Source of the DNA: a virus
Taxonomy: Duplodnaviria; Caudoviricetes
IMG/VR virus record: IMGVR_UViG_3300011417_000023
Location: 1-27,702 of that record
Reading direction: 5' to 3' (one strand)
DNA length: 27,702 nucleotides
In this document: positions 7,232 through 15,095 of the stretch, piece after piece
Position numbering within the stretch: position 1 is the stretch's first letter
How the letters are laid out: each line of letters opens with the position of its first letter
Position numbers and translations under genes: made by a program
Notes under the pieces: generated by a model
The model's database searches: none
What the model saw: the letters and a program-made list of their open reading frames with translations, nothing else
Told to the model about the DNA's origin: nothing

Positions 7232-8872
7232 CTAGCAGGTGATGACCGTCGCGCCGGTCGGGCCCGCACCGGACGGGCAGACCGTGGAGGTCACCTGGTA
7301 GGACTCGATCCCGACGAACGCCAGGTTCTCGAACGTCTCGGCGAAGACCGAGTAGTCGTTCGTCTGGTTGAGCGTCGAGTCCCGCACGAGGCCGAGGTCC
7401 AGCGTTCCACCGTCGAGGAAGAGGAACGAACCCTCCGGGTAGAGGTACCAGACCACCGTGGTTGGGAAGCCGAGCATCGCGCCCGCGCTCTGCGCACCGA
7501 ACTGCATACCCGCACCCGTCGGGGTGTCGAGGTAGAAGGTCGGCGTCACACCGCGTGAACGGAACCAGCTCGTGATCATCTCATCGGTGATATAGCCCGC
7601 CTCGGGGAAGCCCGGGAACTGCTGACGAGCGATGTCCGCCCGCATCAGTTCCTTCGTCCACGACGGACCCGCCCACCGGAACTGGCGGCTCTCGGTGATG
7701 CGGTGCCGGCTCTTGAAGCTGGCGAGCGCCTGGTCGATCTGCGGCAGCAGGGTGCGGGACGCACCGTACGTCGCCGCCGCCGTGATGGCCGTGGACGACG
7801 CGGCCAGCCGGTCCAGGAGCGCGGTCTCCGCGACCCGGGCGTGCTGCGCAAGCGACAGGGCCAGCCAGGTCTCGACCTGCTCGGGGAACGTACGCGCCCC
7901 GAAGTTGCCGAAGATCAGATGGCGGTAGATCGCCTGGATGGTGACGGTCTGCTGCACGCCACACGTGACGCGGAGCGGAGCCTTCAGCGCCGTTGGCGGG
8001 TAGCCCGACGCATCCTGGGCGGCGGTGCGAATGCCGATGGCGTTCGCCAGGTCCGTGAGCCGCGGAGGTGTGATGAACGTGATCGCACCGCGATCCGCAC
8101 CGAACACTGGGAACATGTCCCGCACGGGACGATCAGCCCCGGACAGGTTCTGCAGCCCGTAGTACGGCTCGGCCGGGGCGCAGATGCCACCGGACGCGAC
8201 CAGCGCCTGGGGATCCGCACCCTGCTCGAGTGCGGCGACCAGTGCGTCGACCTTCTCCTGGTTACCGGACGCCTCACCCTTCTTGAGCCAGCGCTCCTCG
8301 GGGAAGTCGGCCTTCACGGAGGCAACGATGACGCGGTCACCGTCGCCGGCCCGATCCACGCCACGGAAGTTGCCGCGCCGTGCGATGAACGCCTCGGCGA
8401 CCGCGGTCATGTTCGGAAGCTCGGCGCCCGCCGGCGTGGCCGGGATGTCCGCGCCCGCCGTGATGACGTAGGGCTGGGCCGTCTTGGGAGTGGGCTCGGA
8501 ACCCTCGGGAGCGTCGAGTCCGTTCGGACTCAGGCTCGCCGTGACCTCCTCGGGTGCGGGTTCCTCGGCCTCAGCCTCAGTGGCCTCAGCCTCGGGGGTC
8601 TCCTCGGCCGCGAGGGTCGTGCCCTTGACCTTGTCCTCGCTGGCGGCGACCTCGGAGTCGATCTCCTCGATCTGGGCCTTCAGCTCGGCACGGCGGGCGA
8701 TCTCGTCGCGGACCTCGGTGAGCTCGGTGCGGAGTGCACCCAGCTCTTGGACGGACTCACTGGTGAGTTCGAGTTGGCGCTTCTCGTTGTAGCGAGTGGC
8801 CAGGTCGACCTCGAGGGTCGAGAGCTCTTCATCTGAGAACTCTGTGATGGGCTTGGGCACGGGCGTAGGCAT
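7232..8872 (-). CDS. Major capsid protein (hexamer type) with N-terminal scaffold-like coiled coil
   Basis: Start moved to ATG 8872 (RBS AAAGGAG), 546 aa. Glu/Arg coiled-coil N-terminus and acidic linker, then ALVASGGICAP, RGAITF and LDLGLVRDSTLNQTNDY..FAETFE, typical of cluster-B-like actinophage capsids. Confidence 0.9.
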   Translation of the reverse strand: MPTPVPKPITEFSDEELSTLEVDLATRYNEKRQLELTSESVQELGALRTELTEVRDEIARRAELKAQIEEIDSEVAASEDKVKGTTLAAEETPEAEATEAEAEEPAPEEVTASLSPNGLDAPEGSEPTPKTAQPYVITAGADIPATPAGAELPNMTAVAEAFIARRGNFRGVDRAGDGDRVIVASVKADFPEERWLKKGEASGNQEKVDALVAALEQGADPQALVASGGICAPAEPYYGLQNLSGADRPVRDMFPVFGADRGAITFITPPRLTDLANAIGIRTAAQDASGYPPTALKAPLRVTCGVQQTVTIQAIYRHLIFGNFGARTFPEQVETWLALSLAQHARVAETALLDRLAASSTAITAAATYGASRTLLPQIDQALASFKSRHRITESRQFRWAGPSWTKELMRADIARQQFPGFPEAGYITDEMITSWFRSRGVTPTFYLDTPTGAGMQFGAQSAGAMLGFPTTVVWYLYPEGSFLFLDGGTLDLGLVRDSTLNQTNDYSVFAETFENLAFVGIESYQVTSTVCPSGAGPTGATVITC

Positions 8873-8966
8873 GGTGCTCCTTTGGCACACGTTGACGCAG
8901 CGGATTCTTGAGTGGGTTACTCACCGCCGGCGGCTATGCCTCCCGTTGGTTCCTTACCCAGTGATC

Positions 8967-8975
8967 ACCGTATCA
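8967..8975 (-). promoter_or_regulatory. Putative extended -10 promoter (TGA-TACGGT) for the capsid gene
   Basis: Minus strand TGnTAnnnT at the upstream end of the 110-nt intergenic region. Confidence 0.4.
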
Positions 8976-8982
8976 CCCGTCG

Positions 8983-9417
8983 CTACCCGGTGAGGTGAAA
9001 GAACGGTTCCTGCTGGAACTGGGTACGCAACTCTTCAGTGTACTGATCGGGTGTCGGGATGAGAAAGGGTTGCCCGGGTGTGCCCGGGTGGTTTACCTCG
9101 TGGAACCGGTAGATGCCCGGACCGTACGGGCCGTCCGCCCAGTAGAAGACGAGGAGCGGCGCGTTGGACGCGGCGATGGTGTGTGGCTGAGTCGGGTACT
9201 CCACGTGTTCGGCGTAGTCAGCCTCGGCCGCGATGCGTACGACGACGCGGGTCTCCGACTCATCGACGACGGTCGGGTCCACGATGGAGTCACGCAGGAA
9301 GCCCGTTCGCACGGGTGCGTTCAGGCGTGCCTCATCCGTGAAGTACTGCGCGGTTCGAATCAATGTCTCCCGACACCCGAAGCGAAGCCGTTCACGAAGT
9401 GCGTCTGCGTTAGCCAC
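8983..9417 (-). CDS. HK97 gp10-like virion morphogenesis protein
   Basis: Motifs APVRTGFLRDSI, YAEHVEYPTQPHTI and VNHPGT..QPFL match the gp10-like family pattern. Confidence 0.8.
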   Translation of the reverse strand: MANADALRERLRFGCRETLIRTAQYFTDEARLNAPVRTGFLRDSIVDPTVVDESETRVVVRIAAEADYAEHVEYPTQPHTIAASNAPLLVFYWADGPYGPGIYRFHEVNHPGTPGQPFLIPTPDQYTEELRTQFQQEPFFHLTG

Positions 9418-11680
9418 CGCTGTCGTACTTGTCCATCATCTTGAAGATCTTGTCGGGATCGCCCGTGAAGGTAGCGGTGGAATGTCCCGACGGGCCGGCC
9501 TCACTGGTCATCCGCCCACCCACTCCGGCCTCCTTCGCCATCGCGGCGGCGCCCTGCTTTCCACCTACGACGTCGACATCATTCACCGTGGCACGACCGC
9601 CGTCCACCTGGATGCCGTACGTTTCCTTCAGCTCATCGGCACGGTCTGCACCCAGGCCGAACCCGGTCTTCGCGTCGACCTCAGCCTTGAGGGCGTCCAT
9701 GCGGTCGCCCTGCATCGACCCACGTTCACCCGAGAACTTCTGTGACGTGCCGTCCGTCATCTTCACGGTGTAGGTACGCACCGATGGGTTGTCCGCCGTC
9801 GCCTTCGTCGCGGTGAACTTGACGGACTTCACGTCATCGAGTGACTTACCCTCACCGAGTTGCTTGAGTGCGGCGGCCGTGTCGGGGTGGGAACCGCTAG
9901 ATTCTTTTCCCCCGTCAGACGACCCACCACCTCCCTCCGACGCGAAGCGGCCGTCGTCGTCACGGGCCTGCTCGAACTCCTCCACATCCTCGTCCTCGAA
10001 GACACCGATCGTCGAGCCGACGCGCCCGATCCGTGCAACGCGACGGGCACGTTGGGTTCGCATCACCTGCCCTACCTTCGCCGGATCCTTCTCACGGGCA
10101 AACTCGACGGTCGGAAACACCTCGGCGGCGAGGGTCAACATCGTCGCCTCCATCGCCTCGAAGCGTGCGATGAACTCGTCGTCGGTGCCGGGCACGTCAT
10201 CCTCTGTGAACTCGAGGGTGGCAACGGGTGGGTTCAGCAACGCATCCTCGAGGCGGGCAAGCCGCTCGGCCAGGTTCTCCTCGGGTACGAGGACACCCGC
10301 CGCCACCAGGGCGACCGGAACGTCGGCCACGAGTTCGGCGCGGGCGCGCGGGACCGGGAAGCCCGGGGCGTTGACGGCCAACGCCGCCAGCAGCTCGAGA
10401 CTTCCGCCGATCTTGCGCCAGTCACCCGAGGGTGCGGACGCTCGAAGTGTGCGAAGCGTCGCCTCACTCACGTCGGGTCGAACGGCACCCGCGACCCAGA
10501 TACCGATCGCGTCCTCACCGCAGGCGAGGTCGGCGACGGCGGTACCGGTGTTGTCGTAGTGTCGCGTCACGTCGTGTGGACTGAGGCGGGTCGATGTGGA
10601 CGCGTGACCCGTGCCCAGGGTTAGCGGACCGGTCGCGACCTGCTTGCCCTCGCGGGTCAGCACCGCACCGGTGCGGAAGTACGCGTAGTCACTCTTGCTT
10701 GGCGGCGGGGTGAGGCACTGGCCCAGGTGGCCGGTGTGGCACGTTCCCCAGGTTGCCAGGTGCCCGTACACCCGACCCTCATCCGTGATCGTCAGCGCGG
10801 TCGGGGCGGTCAGGTTCGGGTTCTCGAACCACGTCTCGGGTGGGCGACACGGAATGCAGTCGCCGTCGGCGGACGCAACCAGGTTGACCATGAACTCGGC
10901 GGATGCGGCGACCGCCTCCTCGTTCGCGATGCGGGTGTTTCCGAACGCGGGAAAGGGAAGCACGGTGGTGCCGATGATGACGCCCGACTTGATCAGCTGA
11001 CTCATGCGGTCGCTGCCGTCCTCGGCGAGGGTGACCTCCGTGTCCGCATCGGCGATGTCCGCCGAGTTGCCCGTGAGGTACCCGCCGTCCACGAGAAGGT
11101 CGAGCTTCTCTCCCTCCGCGAGGGGGACGTAGTCACCGCGACCCCAGATCTGCGACGACTTGGGATCCTCGGTGCCGTCCTCGTTGCCGCGCCATGCCTC
11201 ACGGATCGTTCCACCCAACTCCGAACCCTCGTGACCGGGCGTGTTCACGGTCTTGAACATGACCGGGAAGGGCGGGTCGCGCCACGTCAGCCCACCCTGG
11301 GCGAACGAACGCCCGTCGTTGGTGACCTTCGACTCATCGACGATGAGGATCTTGAACGTCTGCTTGCCCTCCTCGGGTGCGCGCTCATCCTCATCCTCGT
11401 CATCCTCAGTGTCGTCGGACGCCGCCTCCTCCTCCTCCTCCTCCTCGCCCTCTTCCTCGTCCTCGTCACTCGAGGCAACGAGTGCGGCGAGCTCGGCGGG
11501 TCCCTCGAACGCGGGCTCCCACGACGCGATGTCGAGGATCAGCTCGTCGGTGATGGGGGTGGAGAGTTCGGAACGTGACAGGGTAGCGACCCGCGCGTTC
11601 GTCTCATCGTCGCGCAGGACGAGCCACCGGTCACCGTCCTCAGCTCGACCAATGACCTGGAACGTGTGCATGATGGTCAT
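9410..11680 (-). CDS. Capsid maturation (prohead) protease, multidomain, with C-terminal extension
   Basis: Start moved to ATG 11680 (RBS GGAGGAG), 756 aa. Protease-like region T-x-DGR-x-F...W-R-x-PP-x-P...GH-x-G...WGRG...SAD...PAF (~10930-11360); second conserved domain PP-x2-WF...GRVYGHLA-x-W-x2-CH...SGDWR...AVN-x-PGF (~10350-10845); lies between portal and capsid. Confidence 0.8.
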   Translation of the reverse strand: MTIMHTFQVIGRAEDGDRWLVLRDDETNARVATLSRSELSTPITDELILDIASWEPAFEGPAELAALVASSDEDEEEGEEEEEEEAASDDTEDDEDEDERAPEEGKQTFKILIVDESKVTNDGRSFAQGGLTWRDPPFPVMFKTVNTPGHEGSELGGTIREAWRGNEDGTEDPKSSQIWGRGDYVPLAEGEKLDLLVDGGYLTGNSADIADADTEVTLAEDGSDRMSQLIKSGVIIGTTVLPFPAFGNTRIANEEAVAASAEFMVNLVASADGDCIPCRPPETWFENPNLTAPTALTITDEGRVYGHLATWGTCHTGHLGQCLTPPPSKSDYAYFRTGAVLTREGKQVATGPLTLGTGHASTSTRLSPHDVTRHYDNTGTAVADLACGEDAIGIWVAGAVRPDVSEATLRTLRASAPSGDWRKIGGSLELLAALAVNAPGFPVPRARAELVADVPVALVAAGVLVPEENLAERLARLEDALLNPPVATLEFTEDDVPGTDDEFIARFEAMEATMLTLAAEVFPTVEFAREKDPAKVGQVMRTQRARRVARIGRVGSTIGVFEDEDVEEFEQARDDDGRFASEGGGGSSDGGKESSGSHPDTAAALKQLGEGKSLDDVKSVKFTATKATADNPSVRTYTVKMTDGTSQKFSGERGSMQGDRMDALKAEVDAKTGFGLGADRADELKETYGIQVDGGRATVNDVDVVGGKQGAAAMAKEAGVGGRMTSEAGPSGHSTATFTGDPDKIFKMMDKYDSGG

Positions 11681-11681
11681 C

Positions 11682-14144
11682 TTACTCCTCCTCACCTGAA
11701 GTGAGCGTGAAGGACTGCACAACGGCGCACAGGCAGCCGTTGTGATCACCCGGGTGGTAGTACTCGGTACCGAGCCAGGCGTCGTCGGGGTTCACCTCGA
11801 GTGCCGGGTCACTCCACGATGTGAACGAGAGCCCGTCGAGGTCGAGGTGCGGGTCGAAGCTGTTGCGCACGGCGGGTCCGTAGTCCCACTGCATACCCAT
11901 CGTCTGCACACCCTGGTCCTCGAGGATGGTCTCGGTGAGGGTGCCGGTGCCGACGCCACCCGTCGGCACCGACGGGTCCTCGCCACCACCTCCACCCGCG
12001 ATGCGAAGCACGTCCCGCACCAAACCCGCGGGCACACGCACGTCATCGAACTCACCGACGGTCGCCGCGCCCGCACCCGAGTCGAACAGACGACGACGGG
12101 AGAAGGCTAGCAGCCCAGCCATGAGTGCACCGGTGGCGACGACACCCGCCTCATCGAAGTGATCGGCGTAGCGGTTCTCGATGTCGTCGTACAGGTCGGC
12201 GAACTCGATGCCGCGTTCCTCCGCGACGGATTGGGCGATGTCCCGCATGGCCGCGACCTGCGCGTCGGCGATCCATCTCTGGGCCTTGGACCGGAAGGGA
12301 ATCAGCGCGGGGGCGAGCAGGTCGTTGTCGCCCAGATCCTCGAGCCCGTCCTCGGGTAGGTCAAGCTCATCGTCTACGGCGAAGCCGAGTGCACGCACCT
12401 TCTCCCGGCCCATGTGACACGCTAGATCCTCGTTGGCTATCCCGTCACTCAGGTGCATGCCGAACTGATCGTGTCGTGCCTTGGTGCGGATCTTCGCGCC
12501 GGCACGCTCGAGTGCACGCTGCACGGCGGCGTCGCCCGCGATCCGCAACCGCTGCATGAGGTCTTGGTCGAGGCGGGCGAGGCGCGTGCCCAATCGTGCA
12601 AGGCGACGACCCGGTGCGGCGGAGGCCAGCATCGTCGGAGGTCCGGGGGTCGTCGTCGTCGCGGCCGGGTTGGGACGATCGGCCGTGGCGGGAATCGCCT
12701 TGGCCGCATCGGACGGCTTGTCGGGATCCTCCATACCGCGCTCCTCAGCGGTCTTATCCTCGAACGGTAGTGCCGGTGGCCCACCCTCGGCCTCAGGCGC
12801 GGCAGGCTCGGGCACCTCGCCCGTGACGGCCATCTTGGCGTCCGCGAGCTTGAGCCCGACCCGCATCGCGTACTCCTTGCCGTCCGGCTTGTCCGTCTCG
12901 GGAAAGTCGGACTCCCTGCGGAGTGCCGCGTCGCTGATAACGATGCGGTCGTGCAGGTCCTTGGCGTCACCCGAGCGATCGGGCTTCACCACCAAACCGG
13001 CCGGGTCGTACCAGATGATGTACTTCTCGGGGTCCTTGACACCCGCGCGCTTAGCCGCCGGCTGCAGGTAGCCGATCGTCAGCGCGTCACACACCAGCTC
13101 AATGAAGGGCTGCAGGTGTGCCTTGAACGTCTGCTCCTCGATCTGCCACGCACCCCAGTGACTGACCTGGCTGGTGCCCAGGAGAACCTCAGGTGGGAGG
13201 TCGATGCCGACGGCCATGTTCTGCAGCGCCGTCTCACGCTTCTCCTTGAAGCGGGCGTCCTGCTTGCGGTCGAGCGTCATGTGCTGAAGCTGATCGAGGG
13301 CGTCGCCCTCGCCGGTCACGATGATCGGCACGACCTCCGAGGCGTGGCCAAACTGCTCGAGCGGTGTGGTGAGTGCACCCTGGAAGGCCTCCATCGTTGG
13401 GGTTGCATCCACACCGTGCACGAGTTGTCCCTGTCCACGCCGCACGTCGTCCGCACCTCGGGCGGGGAGTAGCAGGGAGTTCGGGAACTTGAGGATGCCG
13501 GCGCCGGCGATGCGGCTTCGGGAGAGCGCCTTCTCAGCCTGGGTCATCAGGATCAGAAGTTCGGCGTCATCGAGCACGGTCATCACCGACGAGTCAGCGA
13601 GACCCGAGTACTGCGGGCTCTCGTTCCAGATGCGGGTGACGTACGCGGCCTCGGGAAGCGGCACCTCCACCAGACCCGGGCCTACCCGACGGCCGAAGGA
13701 GCGGTCACCGATGCGGGCGACGAGCTCGTCGATGGAAAGGACGATCCAGTTCTGGGTCTTGTCCGGTTCCTCCCACCCGACGAGGTTCGCCTCGCCGCAG
13801 ATGAAGAGGTTCGCACCGAAGTTGCGCAGCAGGGACGCCTGCCCGCCGCGCTTCGACTTCAGGTTCTTCACCGCCTGCTTGATGGCCTCGTTCGACGTGG
13901 GCTGCGGCTCGGTGCCCGGGTCGTCGTCATCCTCCTCGGCCGCGATGAGCTTGATCTTGGAGAGGGCGTTCCCGACGAACCGACCCGCGAAGTGAAGTGG
14001 ACCCGAGACGCGGTAGTACGCCCACGCACGCTGCTGCCACGGCTGACGCAGAAGCTGACGCTCGATGAGCTGAGTCGTCGACTTGATGTTCAGCTCGGCG
14101 GCTGATGCAACCAGGGAACTGGGAAGCCGCGGACGAAGTGCCAC
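11682..14144 (-). CDS. Portal protein with C-terminal MuF-like (minor head) domain
   Basis: 820 aa; WQ-x2-AW-x-YY, G-x-DLPPEVLLG...HW-x-AWQI-x-E and IWYD match actinophage portals; C-terminus W...H-x2-LDG...HPGDHNGCLC resembles the MuF HxxCxC signature. Confidence 0.85.
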   Translation of the reverse strand: MALRPRLPSSLVASAAELNIKSTTQLIERQLLRQPWQQRAWAYYRVSGPLHFAGRFVGNALSKIKLIAAEEDDDDPGTEPQPTSNEAIKQAVKNLKSKRGGQASLLRNFGANLFICGEANLVGWEEPDKTQNWIVLSIDELVARIGDRSFGRRVGPGLVEVPLPEAAYVTRIWNESPQYSGLADSSVMTVLDDAELLILMTQAEKALSRSRIAGAGILKFPNSLLLPARGADDVRRGQGQLVHGVDATPTMEAFQGALTTPLEQFGHASEVVPIIVTGEGDALDQLQHMTLDRKQDARFKEKRETALQNMAVGIDLPPEVLLGTSQVSHWGAWQIEEQTFKAHLQPFIELVCDALTIGYLQPAAKRAGVKDPEKYIIWYDPAGLVVKPDRSGDAKDLHDRIVISDAALRRESDFPETDKPDGKEYAMRVGLKLADAKMAVTGEVPEPAAPEAEGGPPALPFEDKTAEERGMEDPDKPSDAAKAIPATADRPNPAATTTTPGPPTMLASAAPGRRLARLGTRLARLDQDLMQRLRIAGDAAVQRALERAGAKIRTKARHDQFGMHLSDGIANEDLACHMGREKVRALGFAVDDELDLPEDGLEDLGDNDLLAPALIPFRSKAQRWIADAQVAAMRDIAQSVAEERGIEFADLYDDIENRYADHFDEAGVVATGALMAGLLAFSRRRLFDSGAGAATVGEFDDVRVPAGLVRDVLRIAGGGGGEDPSVPTGGVGTGTLTETILEDQGVQTMGMQWDYGPAVRNSFDPHLDLDGLSFTSWSDPALEVNPDDAWLGTEYYHPGDHNGCLCAVVQSFTLTSGEEE

Positions 14145-14150
14145 GGGCGT

Positions 14151-14156
14151 ATCCTA
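14151..14156 (-). promoter_or_regulatory. Putative -10 element (TAGGAT) of a leaderless portal promoter
   Basis: Minus strand TAGGAT-ACGCCC-GTG; same geometry as at 26701 and 4630. Confidence 0.5.
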
Positions 14157-14166
14157 CACTGAGGTC

Positions 14167-14451
14167 CTAGCGATCGAGGCGATCGAGCAACCCGATCACG
14201 GCCGAGAAGGCGAAGGGACTGGCGATGATGGCGACACCTACGGGCCAGTGACGTACGAGAATGACTGCAACGAGTGACACCCAAAAGCCAATGCACCAGG
14301 AACAGTGAAGGAGCTCGTCAAGGTAACCGCCAGGCTTGAGACGCTCGGTGACCCACATGCGAGGTTTGTCCAGGATCGAGTCCCGGGTGACCAGTCGGGT
14401 AACCCGGTACGAGGCGAGAGCGACCGCGAGGTAGATGTACCAGAAGGGCAA
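14167..14451 (-). CDS. DUF1360-like membrane protein
   Basis: Start moved to TTG 14451 (RBS GAAAGGTG), 94 aa; LA-x-YR-x-TRL-x3-D-x-I and ELL-x-C-x-WC-x-G-x-W are DUF1360 hallmarks. Confidence 0.8.
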   Translation of the reverse strand: MPFWYIYLAVALASYRVTRLVTRDSILDKPRMWVTERLKPGGYLDELLHCSWCIGFWVSLVAVILVRHWPVGVAIIASPFAFSAVIGLLDRLDR

Positions 14452-14711
14452 AGTAAGAACACCTTTCGTTGGCGCTGCACCGCACGTCGTTCGGTGAGGT
14501 TGAGCCCACCCCACAGGCCGTGCTGCTCGTGGTTCTCCAGGGCGTACTCTAGACACTCCTCACGTACCGGACATCGGTTGCACACCGCACGCCCGTTCGC
14601 GAATGGGTCCTTGAGGCGACGATCCGGCTTGAAGAACAGGTCGGGATGCATCCCGACGCACGCACCTTCGTTCCACCACGACGCCTGATCGAGGACTAGG
14701 TCAAGGAACAC
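14238..14711 (-). CDS. whiB: WhiB-family Fe-S transcription regulator
   Basis: W-x4-AC...DLFF...C-x2-CPV-x2-ECL-x2-AL...GLWGG-x4-ERR: four Cys plus the G-L-W-G-G turn. The core ends near 14460 but the frame stays open to 14238. Confidence 0.92.
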   Translation of the reverse strand: MFLDLVLDQASWWNEGACVGMHPDLFFKPDRRLKDPFANGRAVCNRCPVREECLEYALENHEQHGLWGGLNLTERRAVQRQRKVFLLCPSGTSTSRSLSPRTGLPDWSPGTRSWTNLACGSPSVSSLAVTLTSSFTVPGALAFGCHSLQSFSYVTGP

Positions 14712-15067
14712 TCGGACTCCAAGGCCCAGGCCAGGTCTGCATTCTCGGTGTCTCCCAGCAACTCTTGCACCCGGTCACGGACCTGCTCAAGTGATGCGAT
14801 CCGTGAACGATGTTCCTCAGCCTCACCCGTGAGCTGGATGATCAGGTCGCGGGCGTCGTCGACCTCCTGCACCAGGGCCGGAAGGAGGATCTTCGCCTGC
14901 GCGATCAGTCGACCGCGGGCCGCCTCGAACAGTTGCTCGGGCCCGATGCAGACCAGTGAACCGTCCTCGCACTCCACCCGCCACCCGGGACTGGATCGCT
15001 CCGTGACCACCCACACACCGGGTCCCGCGTCATCCACAAGGCGTCGAATGAGGTCAAGTTCGAGCAT
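14696..15067 (-). CDS. Hypothetical protein with C-terminal coiled coil
   Basis: 123 aa; PG-x-W...LIA-x-A-x3-LP-x-L-x2-E pattern followed by heptad-like helix; overlaps the whiB start. Confidence 0.65.
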   Translation of the reverse strand: MLELDLIRRLVDDAGPGVWVVTERSSPGWRVECEDGSLVCIGPEQLFEAARGRLIAQAKILLPALVQEVDDARDLIIQLTGEAEEHRSRIASLEQVRDRVQELLGDTENADLAWALESECSLT

Positions 15068-15076
15068 CCTGTGTAC

Positions 15077-15095
15077 ACTATATCGAGGTTGTCAA
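15077..15095 (-). promoter_or_regulatory. Possible promoter elements (TTGACA and TATAGT) upstream of the hypothetical-whiB unit
   Basis: AT-rich gap reading TTGACA-ACCTCGA-TATAGT-GTACACAGG-ATG; both hexamers are near consensus but only 7 nt apart, so they cannot be one canonical promoter. Confidence 0.3.

Noticed and set aside
11385-11470. (TCC)n-rich tract resembling a microsatellite
   Set aside because: It encodes the Glu/Asp linker of the protease; low-complexity coding sequence, not an independent repeat element.
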